Positions 26,390-38,479 of a DNA stretch of 56,450 nt are shown piece after piece; within the stretch, counting starts at the first letter, position 1, and every line of letters starts with the position of its first letter. Below the pieces are notes generated by a model. It was given only the letters and a program-made list of their open reading frames with translations. It was not told the origin of the DNA and ran no database searches. This DNA comes from Octopus bimaculoides. Lineage: Eukaryota. The position numbers were made by a program, and so were the translations under genes. Location of the stretch: assembly GCF_001194135.2 (NCBI RefSeq), contig NC_068989.1, forward strand, positions 74,549,386 to 74,605,835. The letters run 5' to 3'.

Positions 26390-27040
26390 TTCGGCAAGAG
26401 AGGCCAATTTCGAAGCGGATCCAGTGAAATGGTTTAGCTTGATCAAAACATTGCCCTCTTTTCGTCAGTAAAGAGGAGACTCACTACAGAATTATTCCAG
26501 TGTAGAACATCAGAAATTTTGAAAAGTGTGTTCTCTACAATTATATCAAGTGAAAATAATAGCTTGCACCCAACTAAAAAGGAGAACCTATCTCCAGAAC
26601 AAGAATATACCCGAAAACAGTTACGTTCTGCATTTGGTGGGATATGAATGGTGTCGTCTAACATGAAGTGCAAAACCAAAACTCAAAATTTAAAATGAAA
26701 AAGTATCCTCGTCACCTGGAAACGTTGCACAAAAAATTTACAAATGAGAAATAAAGCTTTCATCATTAACCAAAGGTAAAAGGGTTTTCTTGTACAGTGA
26801 TACAAGTCCATACATTCCTCAAGTCACCCAGGGAAAGATTATACCGCTAAATATGGAAGTTGTGTTTCAACCTCCTTATTGACCTCGCTCCAAATGACTA
26901 TCATCTTTTCAGTTAATTGCAATGTTATTTTACACGGAAAAGTAGTTTATTAATTGTGAAATGATGCAAAATTATACTGCGTGTTTCTTTACTTCGAAAC
27001 TTGAAAAATTTTGCGCTTTTTGGAATGTTAAGAATTATTG
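26390..27040 (+). mobile_element. Degraded mariner transposase fragment
   Basis: GEPISRTRIYPKTVTFCIWWDMNGVV (WWD motif) and PPY-DLAPNDYHLF (YSPDLAP motif), with stops. Confidence 0.8.
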
Positions 27041-27099
27041 ATTTGATAAGATCCCGGAGGGCAGTGACCTTAATCCTCCAATAGGAATCTTAAAGTCTA

Positions 27100-27670
27100 C
27101 ATAAGCGTTTTATATATAAAGCTTGACCTGTTCTAAAGTATATATCGCACTATCCAGTGAAGGGCACTGAGTGCATCCAGAGCAGCTCGCACTAGATGAG
27201 CTTAAGTAATTTGGAATCGAGAGTTCGATATCTGCACTAATGCCATCTTCAAAATTCGTTGCATATACAAAAGTGAGTTCATTGGAAAGGGTGGCCTACA
27301 CGTATGTCTGACTTCCCAACAGGAAATATACTGGTAGACTGATAGTTAATGACTCACTGCCATTACTCATCGGAAACATCGGATTGATTAGACTATACTC
27401 TGCACAACGTATTGAGTAATCTGGTGTACTTTATGATCATGGACGTCTATCTGTCCATCCTTTCATCTTTCCCTTCCAAAATTCTCTTCAAATTATTTTA
27501 TTTTTCTGTCTCTTCCCTGTTTAGTGTCATCCCCTATCCAGTAACACTTTATATCTTCTTCCCCTCTTAACTCTTTTACTAGTTTTCTCTCCTACTAATT
27601 CGAATTATATAGCCATCAATAACAGTTGATACTTTTCTCTTCGACGAAGTGTGACCGAAACGTTAGACTT
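27100..27670 (+). mobile_element. Highly degraded PLE endonuclease and 3' end
   Basis: CTNAIFKIRCIYKSEFIGKG resembles a GIY-YIG start. It is followed by a pyrimidine tract and GACGAAG...CCGAAACGTT (27638-27666). Confidence 0.4.
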
Positions 27671-27931
27671 GTTTCTTCAAAGCCATATTTTGCTAGCATA
27701 GAACATCACTAGTTTTCTCGAAGTTAACCGTTTTACTAAATATAAGCATGGAAACACGTACGTAGCACACATCTGCAGGTTACTATTTTTGTATTCAATG
27801 CTCGCGATACAACTAAATAGTTACTATTTTTGTTCTGAAGAGAGAGAAACCATAAACGTATTTTAGAAATAAAATAAAATATAAATAAATAAAAAAAGGA
27901 ATCCATAATGTTTAAAAGAATTTATCTTTAC

Positions 27932-28143
27932 CTTTTTGGTTTTAAATCGTCAAGAAATCTGTAAGGGTAAGAATTTAACTTCCAGTAAATAAGCAATGGG
28001 ACCATCCTCAGGAAGAAGTTTTCTGCAGCCCAAAAGAGATTCTCAATAACAAACTTGCACAAGTTGTCAATATCAGGTTCCTTCCAAATTATACTTTCTT
28101 TGACATCATATATCTGTTTGAAATCCAAGAACTCTGCAATAAT
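27932..28143 (-). CDS. GEN1: GEN1 coding exon 8 (212 nt, phase 0 to 2)
   Basis: Acceptor CTACTTCCTATAG, donor AG|GTAAAG. IIAEFLDFKQIYDVKESIIWKEPDIDNLCKFVIENLFWAAENFFLRMVPLLIYWKLNSYPYRFLDDLKPK(R) matches the I.EFL...W..PD...F....W...L.P pattern. Confidence 0.92.
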
Positions 28144-28939
28144 CTATAGGAAGTAGACTAGGCAGTAAAATAATGGACTAAGCGGTAAAATCAGAATCGT
28201 GTTTGAAATATGCACAAGAATGTTAATTTCGTAAAAAAATTATTTGTATTTCCAGCGGGGTTCGATCCCACCAAATACCTTCAGGCCTTAAAACTTCGGA
28301 TTTATCAAAGTCTGTACAGAAGCTCAACGTGTATATAGGTTACACATATATTAGCTAGAGCTGTAAACGTTGGCGGAATAAAATCAATAAAACCAATGAT
28401 TTCGAACGATGATTCCTTATATGATTTTTGTTTCCTCCCGCGTCCCATAAACATTTTCTGTTCAGTATCAATTTCTTTAATACAGTGAAATATTGATGGC
28501 GCATTGGGAAATTGAACCAGCAGTGATTTAGTCAGAAAATGTCAAATATACACCAAATAAAACGCAAACGGTTATTGCATTTGGAAGTTGGTAGAATGCC
28601 ATTTAGTTCAATGTTATGGCTAAGTGTTTACTTATGGTATCATGTTTATGTAATTACAAATTAAAACACTGACCATAAGTCTTTAACATACAAAATTATT
28701 TGTAAATAACCAAATGACATCGTATCGCATCAAATTCCATCAGTGCAATCACACATTAAGTATATAACGACATTTTCACAATGCTCATTAGAACCATCCG
28801 AGAGGTTAACATTGCAGTTTGAAAATATGCGATTAAAATGCTGAATAGTAAGTATATACATACATCTCTTTAACGACTTTATGTGCCCTCATTTAACATT
28901 TTCATTACGCTTTTAATCGTCTTTGTGTGCCCTGAATTG

Positions 28940-29400
28940 GATACAAGAATCTCCGGTCCTGAAACAGTAATACTCCAGCGTTCGATCTACAGAAGTGGAC
29001 AGGTTGGTAAAATAGTCAAACTTGTTATCTTCAGTTCGGTTTTCGTGTCTAAACTCACCTACGGTCATAAATGTTGGGTACTGTGATCGAAAGAGTATGA
29101 TCGCGAATACAAGCGGTCGAAATGGGGTTCTTCCGATGAGTCTCTGAAGTAACGTTGCTTGATAGGCTGCATAGCGCGGAGATTAGAGTCTTACCCGGTC
29201 GAGTCATTATTTCTCCGCATGGAGAAGTCATCTCCGGTACTACGGAATGTAATCAGAATGACATAGGAAATAATCACAAACGGTGTTTTCAAGGCGAGCC
29301 AACCGTGTGAGACCTAGATATAGACAAATAACTAGATGTAGGAGTACATGGTCAGACAGTACATGTACGCGAGTGTATGCGTTTTGATAAGATGGTGTAT
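28940..29400 (+). mobile_element. RTE-clade LINE 3' fragment
   Basis: KLVIFSSVFVSKLTYGHKCWVL matches the RTE motif KLSIYRSI.VPTLTYG.E.W and is followed by frameshifted C-terminal similarity. Confidence 0.7.
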
Positions 29401-29490
29401 GAGGATGCATGTTAGTGAACGCGCTAGTGTAGGTGAGGGCGTTTAGAGTGTAAGAAGGTGGAGGAAAAAGAATAAACTATTTTTGCTTAC

Positions 29491-29657
29491 TTTCTCTGAA
29501 GGAAAATCTGGATTTAAAAGTGCCTTTTCTCTGACTTTTAGTTCCATTTCATGTAACTTAAGTTTCTGGACGGTTTCATGGCAAAAACAAGCACAATTTT
29601 TTATGGCCACTTTCTTCATCCGACATTTTTTGCATCTACTTTTGCTGTGATGGTGCA
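29491..29657 (-). CDS. GEN1: GEN1 coding exon 7 (167 nt, phase 1 to 0)
   Basis: Acceptor CTCTCTTTTAG, donor AAA|GTAAGC. (V)HHHSKSRCKKCRMKKVAIKNCACFCHETVQKLKLHEMELKVREKALLNPDFPSEK matches the CxCxxH...E..I..KA...FP..EV pattern. The 5' boundary is less certain than the 3'. Confidence 0.85.
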
Positions 29658-31442
29658 CTAAAAGAGAGTAATGTATTGTTTTGAAATATAATCCTGTTTT
29701 CTTTGTTAGAAGTAGAGTATATTTTATCCATGAAATAAGTCCCTGTCCAGTCTGTATTATTGAAAAACGCATGACAAACTTGTTAAATCTGAACTACTTC
29801 AAAATAACTTGTAATTATTGCTCCTTTAAGTTTATCAACAATCACATTAAACTGCAATAAATATCTCTAATTTAAATCTCATTCCTCAAAATATAATTTC
29901 CCCTGCGAAAAAAGGTTCATTGAATATTTCTGTTGGATGGAATATACATGTTTATGCTGGCAAAAGTCCAATTTTCGTACTGGGTCGGTAAATCGAAATG
30001 CTAGATTTTAAAATATTGCAATTCGACCACATGAAACGGAGCATTTCATTAAAAAACTTCAAATTATGAAACAAAAATATTTTTAGCAATTCAGGATTTT
30101 CAAATGTTTTTTTTCTAAAAATGCAATCAAATCCACCATATTAAGACGGCACTACCAGAGCTTAAAAAACAAAATTTCAGGGTCCCGGGGAGAGTCATTC
30201 ACTTTTAGTGCCTTTTACTGAATATACGTGTTTTTCCGCTGCTCTCGTTTAATTGTAGGTTTTCCCTTTTGGGAATACCGTTTTTCTTTCTTAACTGTTA
30301 TACAACTTTTGCTGTTTTCTGTATCTTTTGGACATACGGCCTACTTTAACAGGTTCGTTTTTGTGCGAATTCCCCCTGCTTAGAGGCGAATTGTGTTCCT
30401 TTCTGAAAACTTCTTTTCACAGTCAGTACAACGTGGAAGTTGACGCTTCCAAGTTTAAGCTAAATTTAAGATTTTTTTTAAATATAAACCTTGTAAACTA
30501 TATAAACGGAAATACAAAAAATACAACCTATGCAGTCTCTCACACGCTATTATGGCTTTGTAGTATATGCTATGCTCTCGCAAATTAATTATGGTGCTTA
30601 TGTTGTCACGATCAGAGAGACAACCTGTTGATTCTCCCAGAATTGTGTAACATTCAAGATGTGAAATTTAGGAGAGAAGGCAAGCAGTATAAGCGCTAGT
30701 TGGAAGTAATTTTCAGAATAGGGGAGAACAATGCAAAATGAGTAACTTGTTGAAGGAAGTACAATCTGATAAATCCAGAAATCGGGTCCACGTCCCAATA
30801 ATCATGATTTCAACACTGCCCACGAGCTCATTTATAAAAAGATAATTTCTAATGTCGTTTGCATCAAAGAATCACGCTTAAAATCACTTAGCATAGATGA
30901 CCCAGCTGAGCCAAAATCATGCGATGATTTCTAATGGAGAATGGAAAGGCAGCCAAACAGTGAAATCTGCTTCTTCGTGTGTAAGCTTTCCTTGTTTTAG
31001 AGAAAATTTCAAGCCAAGAAACATTTTATTCTTTGCTTACGGAAAAAAAGGATTCAAACTCGGACAGTATGGCTGTATGCAATTTCAGAACGTTTATCAG
31101 AAGTAACTCGAGAATTTGAAGAATAAAACACCAGAATGTACGCCTTTACTTTACACCGATCAGCTTAGTAAAAAAAAGAAACACGTTACAATGAAGTCCA
31201 AATTAGTTTGAAATAGTGTCTGGCGATGAATGAAGCCCTGTGTTTGTAACATGCGAGTCAGTCTCAGTGACTTCTTTGAAACAACATTACAGCTAATGGC
31301 GTTCCACATTCATATGCATAGGTTATTCTTACGAATATTTTAACGCTGTTTCATGTCTATATCGATCAATGGAATGTCTGGTGTAGCAATAGCAAAACAT
31401 TATGTGCATTAGAATAAAATAAAACCGTTATGGTGCGATTAC

Positions 31443-31540
31443 CTTTGTGCATGCATTGTTGGCAATGTCTAGATTTAATAAATTCCTCTTTTGTTTTAGC
31501 CAGTGTCTGTAGTTCAGCATTGTTTCTCCAACATAAAATT
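31443..31540 (-). CDS. GEN1: GEN1 coding exon 6 (98 nt, phase 2 to 1)
   Basis: Not in the ORF track. Acceptor TTCTGAATTCAG, donor AAAG|GTAATC. (R)ILCWRNNAELQTLAKTKEEFIKSRHCQQCMHK matches the GEN1 R..W....HCxxCxH segment, and the phases fit both neighbouring exons. Confidence 0.9.
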
Positions 31541-31822
31541 CTGAATTCAGAATAGAAATACGATAACGTTTTTGTACTGCTAACCTCATCTTTAGAGATG
31601 AAACATTTTTAAATATTTACAACAAGCATTCATTACTGGGATCGCCTCAGAAACAAAACTATTCTTTCCGACACATCCGTGAGCGCTACACCATCTGTAC
31701 TGTATATAAACATTTCCATGAACACTCTCCAAATGATGTCGATATCAAGTTCAGTTATCCACAACTTGCAGAAGCTATATGGACCCCTAAACTCATACGC
31801 CCCTATGGCAATAAAGTTCATA

Positions 31823-33441
31823 TTACATGAGATTGTGACAACTCACAAGTCATACCATATTCAACTTTAAGATACGAGTATCGTCTGAAAAGTTTATAGG
31901 TTGGCCAAGATACTCTCATGGAATGTGCCCAATATAAGGTTTATTTTTCAACAGTCCACACAATTTTTCCATCGGTGTTGCAGTGCTTGGATACCATTGG
32001 CGAAGAAGCTTTCATTTTGCTCGTCAAAATATCAACAGCAGTAGATATGATATTCTCAATACGATACTGGTTCCCAACCAAGTGTTTTTTCATGTTGGGA
32101 AACAGATGAGAGTGAGATGTCAAATCAGGAGAACAGAAAGGGTAATCAACCAGTTCAAAGTCACAGTCATACACAGAAGCTATTGAAACGAAAGCCTTGT
32201 GTGCTAGAGTATTGTCCTGATGAAACAGGACTCCTTTCGTAACTACCTCGGCAAGCTGGCATGATATTCTCCTTGGATAATGTGGTCCTTTTGAAGACAG
32301 TCAAATAATGCCCTTTGTATCCAGGAAAAAAACTGAAGCCATCACCTTCCCTACAAATAGAGGACCTAAGTTTTCTTTGGAGCAGGTGAGGAGAAGTGTT
32401 TCTACTGCACGAATTATCTCTTTAGCTCAAATTGATCAGCCCAAAACTCATTCTGCATTAGGAAACGTTCAAGGAAACCAACTGGATCTGCCTCAAACAA
32501 TGTTAGATTTTCCGTGATTTTCTAGGAAGACGTGTCATACACCGTGAAGAAACCTTCGTCATGTCAATTTCATTGTGCGGAATATTCTCAACTTCACAGG
32601 ATATGCTAATAGCATGGGTCATTTGATTTATAGTTAACTGCCTATCATCCATCATCATTTGGTGAGTACGATTAGTAGTTTCCTCAGTGGAGGCAGTTTC
32701 AGGACGTCCAGGCCTTGGGGGATCTTCACTACGCCTCCTAAATCCAGCTGGCCTCATTTACACCGTTGACAAAGCTGATAATCATCCCCTAATGCTGTAA
32801 ATATATAAGTATGAATGTTCATGAGAGCTAAAACCTTTTTCTGTTGGTAAGAGGTACGATGTCAGTTTACCTGCAGGAAAACAATACAGTTATTTATAAG
32901 AGTTGAAATCAATGCACGCAAGATATCATGACTCAAGCATCACTCCTTCGTAGTCAGTCTATGATATTTTCATCTCATCCTCGTAAAATACATCGACTCA
33001 CAGAATAGTTTTCAGCAAACAATTTGACTTGGAAAGCAAATCTTGGGGATTCTGTTAAGTCAGATGTGGCCTGGGCCAATAATGATCAAAACGTGTCTTA
33101 GTTAAGTAGCATTGTTTCTAAAGGGTTGAACACCGATGGTTATTGGTTGTGTTGAAGCTAAAATGTCTAGAGCACTTGACTAGATTATGAATGGAAACTT
33201 TTGTTTTAACATTGAAAATTAGCAAGGTAAATACGAATGTTATTACACCTAAGTTAGAAATAGGTTTCTGGTTACATGAGATTGTGACTACTCAAGTCAT
33301 ACCATATTCAACTTTAAGATACGAGTATCGTTTGAAAAGTTCATAGCCTGGCTGAGATACTCTCATGGAATGTGCACAAATAAGGTTTATTTTTCAACAG
33401 TCCCCCTTGAAGTCCACACAATTTCTCCATCGGTGTTGCAG
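31823..33441 (+). repeat. Direct repeat of about 165 bp (31823-31983 and 33272-33441)
   Basis: Both copies read TTACATGAGATTGTGAC...TTCAACTTTAAGATACGAGTATCGT...CATCGGTGTTGCAG. Confidence 0.9.
31875..32760 (-). mobile_element. Internally deleted mariner element
   Basis: EDPPRPGRPETASTEE...MMMDDRQLTI...MTKVSSR (HTH/WVPR region) and FELVDYPFCSPDL.SHLFPNMKKHL.G. The terminus follows a TA at 31873-31874 (TA|CGAGTATCGTCTGAAAAGTT). Confidence 0.85.
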
Positions 33442-34559
33442 AGAAGACACCTGGTGATAATGATCAAAATCAACAAAAACCATTAAAATATCAAAAATGT
33501 TTCGTCTCTAAGATGAGGCTCACAGTCTGAATAACTAAGCTGCTAATGCAGTGTTTTCGGTTCTTCTTTCCATCATTAAAACTTAAAATTGAAATTCTAT
33601 TTCATGTCATGCATTAACAGTACATAAGCGGGACATGCTAGATTTTCTAAGACTGAGTTTTAGACTAATTTGACATCGTGTATGAATATTATCGTGACAA
33701 AATTGAAAATGACATATATAATTGGGTTATGCTAAACAGAATTAATGTGTACCTTTATTTCTTTCATTTGGTAATTGAACTTAAATTTGTCGAAGATATT
33801 GATGAGAGGTGGTTGAGTGTTGAGGTTCAGTCTTAGAAAAACTATTATGCTTATTTTATATGACACAGATCACAGATTTCCCTTCAAATATTTATTAAAT
33901 CTGTGTTTTATTTTATCCACTAAGACCATTAAAAACACTACTTCCACCCTAATTTTAGGAGCGAAATTATACTTAGATTAGTGGATATTATTAAGTGTTA
34001 TTTTCTCAGTAGTTAAGACTATTATATCTTAACAGCGCAGTGTTTATGTTTTTAACCAAATGGGTCTTACACACCCATTAACTAATAAATAAAAGCAGTA
34101 AAGTTAAGCTTATCCTAAATTGAAAGTAAAATGTCAAGGAAAAATATGTTCGTTCTGTGAATGTACATTTACCTTAAACTAAACACGTGCACAATGTCAT
34201 AAATTATAGCTATTAGTAAATATAAACAGTTCTGGAATATTATGTGGTGAATTTCAAAATTTAATTCAAACTGGAATTCAACATCAATACCAACCAAATT
34301 TATTTCGCATTAATTTTCATTTGTTCAAATGAAATCAGTAGAAGCAAAGTGTCTTATTTTTTTTACTTTATCAATTAAGTAAGCAACTCTATGTAAAGTT
34401 TAATTTTAGCTTATCAATTGAACGCTTCCTATTCATTCGTGGTTGACCGTACTCCTCGCAATCACGACAAATTTGTCGACGAATTGACACGTACCGGTTC
34501 TGAACGCCTTTTAAGGGAATCTTGAGCCATTCAAATAAAACCTAGAGACGATAGTGAAG

Positions 34560-35445
34560 AAAAGTGACTTCCCACCTGCTGCTCCAAAATGCCCAGTAAA
34601 TGTTCGGCTATATTGATATTGGACAATTTTGGGACCAGACTAAATAGTCACCGTTAATTTTGTGTCCTTCGTATCTATTTTCTATAACATTGGTTGTGTG
34701 AATTTATGCAGTTTCTTCCAGGGAGATTTGCTAACATCGGGAACAACATTTGTACTATTGGATAAACGTGGTGAACCAAAATACTCTGGTAATCCTTGAC
34801 ATTAATTCAGCCAAGGTGTACAACTAAAAAGCTAAAAGAATTTTGTGATATGGTTACTTAAATCAACACAGATCTCGCTCTATACACCACGGTAAGTCTT
34901 CGGGCAGCTCTCCACCCTAAAGCTGTAAAATGGCGAATGCAGATTTAGAGAAGATAATTTGGTTTCATTAGGCAATCAATCATTTCTGTTAGCCGAGATA
35001 CCAGATTTTCCACTTAGAATTGTTGATGCGGGATAGATGTTTGGATTTTGCATCCTCTCATGGTTTCCAGACTTATGGAGCTCCTGACGAATAGTTCTGA
35101 TTGACAGAGCTAGCGAGGTGGTATTGCAGCCCTGTCACTTTCTTGCCGTAGTTCGATGGGGCGTGGGTACAACATGCTTCCCTATTCTGTTGGCTTTTTC
35201 AATGAACTTTTCTTTTCTTCCAGAAATAAGCTTGCAAAAGTTGGTTTTACCTTGGGTCAAGAACGCAGACAATACTGAGACGTTTTTGAACCTCTCGTAC
35301 TGGCATTGAAGTGTCGACATCGTGGTAAATATTGAAGTTGATATTTAGTCTTTCATCTATGTTCCGTTTTGGTACTTTAGTGTATCAAGGGATATTTCTA
35401 TGTCGTCTATTTCAGCCCACTCTCCGATATTAAAGTTTTACCATT
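34560..35445 (-). mobile_element. Degraded Tc1-like transposase
   Basis: VSVLSAFLTQGKTNFCKLISGRKEK...HRTTARK...RTIRQELHKSG matches the Tc1 bipartite HTH region; many stops. Confidence 0.7.
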
Positions 35446-35799
35446 CCTAATCACGAAGATTTTAGGATTTCCATCGGAAGAAAATAGTCGAGTATTTAGA
35501 AATGTGTGAACGTTAAGTTTTTATTGTTTATGAATTCCAGCTATTGTCAAAAGTGTCACAAGAAGGCACTCGTTATTTTACTAAAGTATTTACTCCATAC
35601 TTTTATTTTACAATACAAAAGACTTTTCTAGAAAAGATGTTTAACACAGTCGAATTTGATCACAAACCGAGCCCACATTTTCAAGACCTCAGAAAAAATT
35701 TTCACTTTTGTTCACTCCAACGAAAACCCCTAAAATTATTTTTTAAACTGTATTTCAGTTAATATTAGAAACGAAATCCGGTAAATATCAAGACTATAC

Positions 35800-35990
35800 C
35801 TTTCCAAAGCATCTATGTTTTTCGATTTTAGTTCCTGCAGTAACATCAAAGCATATTTTGAACCGATTCCTTTCACTCCTTGGCTGTCATAGTCACATCC
35901 AATCAGCAAAGCCAAACAAATCAATGACCGTTGCTCTAATCCGAACTCGTTAAAGACATCTTCAGTACTAATCGATTCTAACAGACATTG
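35800..35990 (-). CDS. GEN1: GEN1 coding exon 5 (191 nt, phase 0 to 2), H2TH region
   Basis: Acceptor TTTGTTTTCAG, donor AG|GTATAG. QCLLESISTEDVFNEFGLEQRSLICLALLIGCDYDSQGVKGIGSKYALMLLQELKSKNIDALE(R) contains GCDY..GV.GIG. Confidence 0.96.
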
Positions 35991-36559
35991 CTGAAAACAA
36001 ATGTATTATTACATTACATGTTGCTTACTATTTAAATGGTAGAAACACACTATAAAATATTCATATTATATTAAAAACGTGTACATTACAAAAGATATGT
36101 ATATATACTATATAAAAAAACTGTACAATACATAGGTAATGCTAAAAGTTTTCATCTACGGACCGTTTCTGAGATGTATCTTAACATGGTGTAGTACTAC
36201 AGTTCATTGTTAGTTAATGATTCAAATTTCGTGATAGCATTCGGGTTCCCAGACACTTCACACAAGGGTGGCTGGTTAAAATGTAACCCTGCATCATAGT
36301 TATCCACAGTTATTTCGGTGATCAGTTACGAGATAAATATTTTAAAACGTGACAATGTGTATATAATGGACAATCCAAATTATATTTTCGGGAAACAAAT
36401 GAAGAGCCAATGAAATATCTTCCCCATGAACAGAAAAAGATCATACTATAAAAAGCAATATATCGAACATGAAAATTTCGTATAAATCCAAAAGAAAATA
36501 GACATTAAAGTTTATGCAGTTTATATAATAACGTATGTGGCATATGGTAAAATATTTAC

Positions 36560-36646
36560 CTTGTTTATCTTAGAATAGTTACGGTAGACTTTTTTGGCAC
36601 CATAGAGGAGAATGTCACTATCTGATGAGAAACAAGCATCAACAAC
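36560..36646 (-). CDS. GEN1: GEN1 coding exon 4 (87 nt, phase 0 to 0)
   Basis: Acceptor TTTTTTATTTTAAG, donor AAG|GTAAAT. VVDACFSSDSDILLYGAKKVYRNYSKINK contains the DxD..LYGA..VYRN motif. Confidence 0.96.
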
Positions 36647-37154
36647 CTTAAAATAAAAAATCATATTGAGAACTTTTAGCATTTTATTTATTCACTGGAA
36701 CGGACGCTAAAGTTATGTAACTTATGATTAAATCTGAAGTTAGTTTAATGGTAAATAAAATCTCTCAACGAATCTGAACAGCCACATGAACTAAGCTGCG
36801 GTGATTAAATATCTAATAAACTCTTGTAACAAATTTATGATCTTGAACAGTAAGACAATACCATGATGATTTTAAGTGTTGTAATTTGTGATGGGACACA
36901 ACTTCATGAAATTCAAGGTACATAATGACTAAGGAAATTCATATAATAAATAGAGTATATGATTAGATACGAATCGTTAGCGGTGGCAATAGCAGCGCAC
37001 AAACAAATATGAATTTGGATTAGTTGCATTAATAGCAGAGCGTAATTACTTGGACTTTATTATTTAGAACGCGGTAGAAGTGGGATTAGTGCTACGGAAT
37101 TACTAAGTATCAATAAAGAGTCGTTGGTTAATTAAGTCGAAAATTATTTTATAT

Positions 37155-38420
37155 TCTTTTATCACTTGTTTCAGTCATTTGACTGCAGCCATGCTGGAGC
37201 ACCACCTTTAGTCGAACAAATCGACCCCATGACTTAATCTTTGTAAGCCTAGTACTTATTTTGTCACTCCGTTTTGTCGAACCTCTAAGTTTCGGAGACG
37301 GAAACGCACCAACATCGGTTGCCAAGCGACGGTGAGGAACAAACAGTCACAGATGTTAGGGGTAATGTGATCGCAGACACACACATACATACACACACAC
37401 AGGGTGCGGTGAATAAATCATCTAAATTACACAAAAATGAAAATAACACTCACCTCTCATTTTAACAGATATATGTACCAAAATTACATGATAATATCTT
37501 GAAATACTAAAGAATAAATTTATTCAATAAAATCGCCATTGGCTTCAACCATGGCCTCCAGACGACTTTAAAATCTTCTGCAACATTTTTGGACGATCTT
37601 TTTGCTTAAGTTGGGGAATGCTGTCATAATCCTTGCCTTCAGTTTATTTTTGGTGTTACAAGGAGTTTTGTTGGTCTCTCACTCGACCGCGCCCCACCGA
37701 TCATAATGAAGGGGGTTGCAGTCTGGGGAGTTAAGTGGCAAGATGTTAGGGGTGATGTGGTAGCAGAAATTATCTGACAGCCATGAAATTATCTGTTGCC
37801 AGACATAGGATCTTCCAGCAGTCACCCTCTAGAAACAGGACAGTACTACCTCCTCCAGGCACTTGATGTAGGTCGGTCTCCGTGTTGGTGTGAGACCGAG
37901 TGGGAATATGAATGGCGGTATACCGTCGCTATAACTAGTAATCACTCCAAACACCATAATGTTGACTGAGTGTTTGTTTTTTTTATCACTCTCAGTACAT
38001 GTATTTGGAGACACGGCAAGCCAACTGTTGTTCTGTGTGTTCATCTGATCCTTGTAGAAATTTTTCTCGTCTGCGAAAATCAAAGCATGTTCGGTTGGAG
38101 GGGATGCTCCAAATTTCTGACAGAGTGAATTGCGTCAAGTTGCTGTTTTTCTCACAGACGGTGCCCAACCGACTCTACTAGACTATACTATGTAGTCGAC
38201 AAAATCGAAAGCAATGCACGAAGTTTGAAATATAAACTGGCGACAATTTATCCATCGCCCACTGTATGTATATGTGTATAATAGGCTTTCAGTTTTCGTC
38301 TACGTAATCCACTCAAGGCTTTGGCCAGCCCATGGATATAGTAGAAGACAGTTGCCCAAGGTGCCACGCAGTGGGACTGAACCCGGAACCATGTGGTTTG
38401 AAGTAAACTTCTTACCTTCT
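37155..38420 (-). mobile_element. SINE family C copy split by the transposon at 37400-38264
   Basis: Tail at 37155-37350 and head at 38278-38420 in the same orientation. Confidence 0.8.
37400..38264 (-). mobile_element. Tc1/mariner-superfamily element (maT/DD37D-like), degraded
   Basis: IFADEKNFYKDQMNTQNNSWLA...KHSVNIMVFGVITS..DGIPPFIFP.GL...YIKCLEEVVL and NSPDCNPL. Degenerate TIRs CAGGGTGCGGTGAATAAAT and CAGTGGGCGATGGATAAAT. The DD37D subfamily call is by recall. Confidence 0.8.
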
Positions 38421-38423
38421 GCG

Positions 38424-38479
<56 letters not shown>

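Noticed and set aside
29658-29772. Upstream part of ORF 29443-29772 as GEN1 coding sequence
   Set aside because: Its strongest acceptors are phase 0 while exon 6 ends in phase 1; treated as intron.
33753-33831. 79-nt exon-like segment (TTTTTCTAAG...AAG|GTACAC) open in the phase needed after exon 5
   Set aside because: No GEN1 similarity, and the true exon 6 is at 31443-31540. Including it would shift the frame to a stop; a poison exon cannot be excluded without RNA data.
35702-35729. Possible mini-exon RGFRWSEQK just after exon 5
   Set aside because: Immediate stop, weak donor, and a better exon 6 exists.
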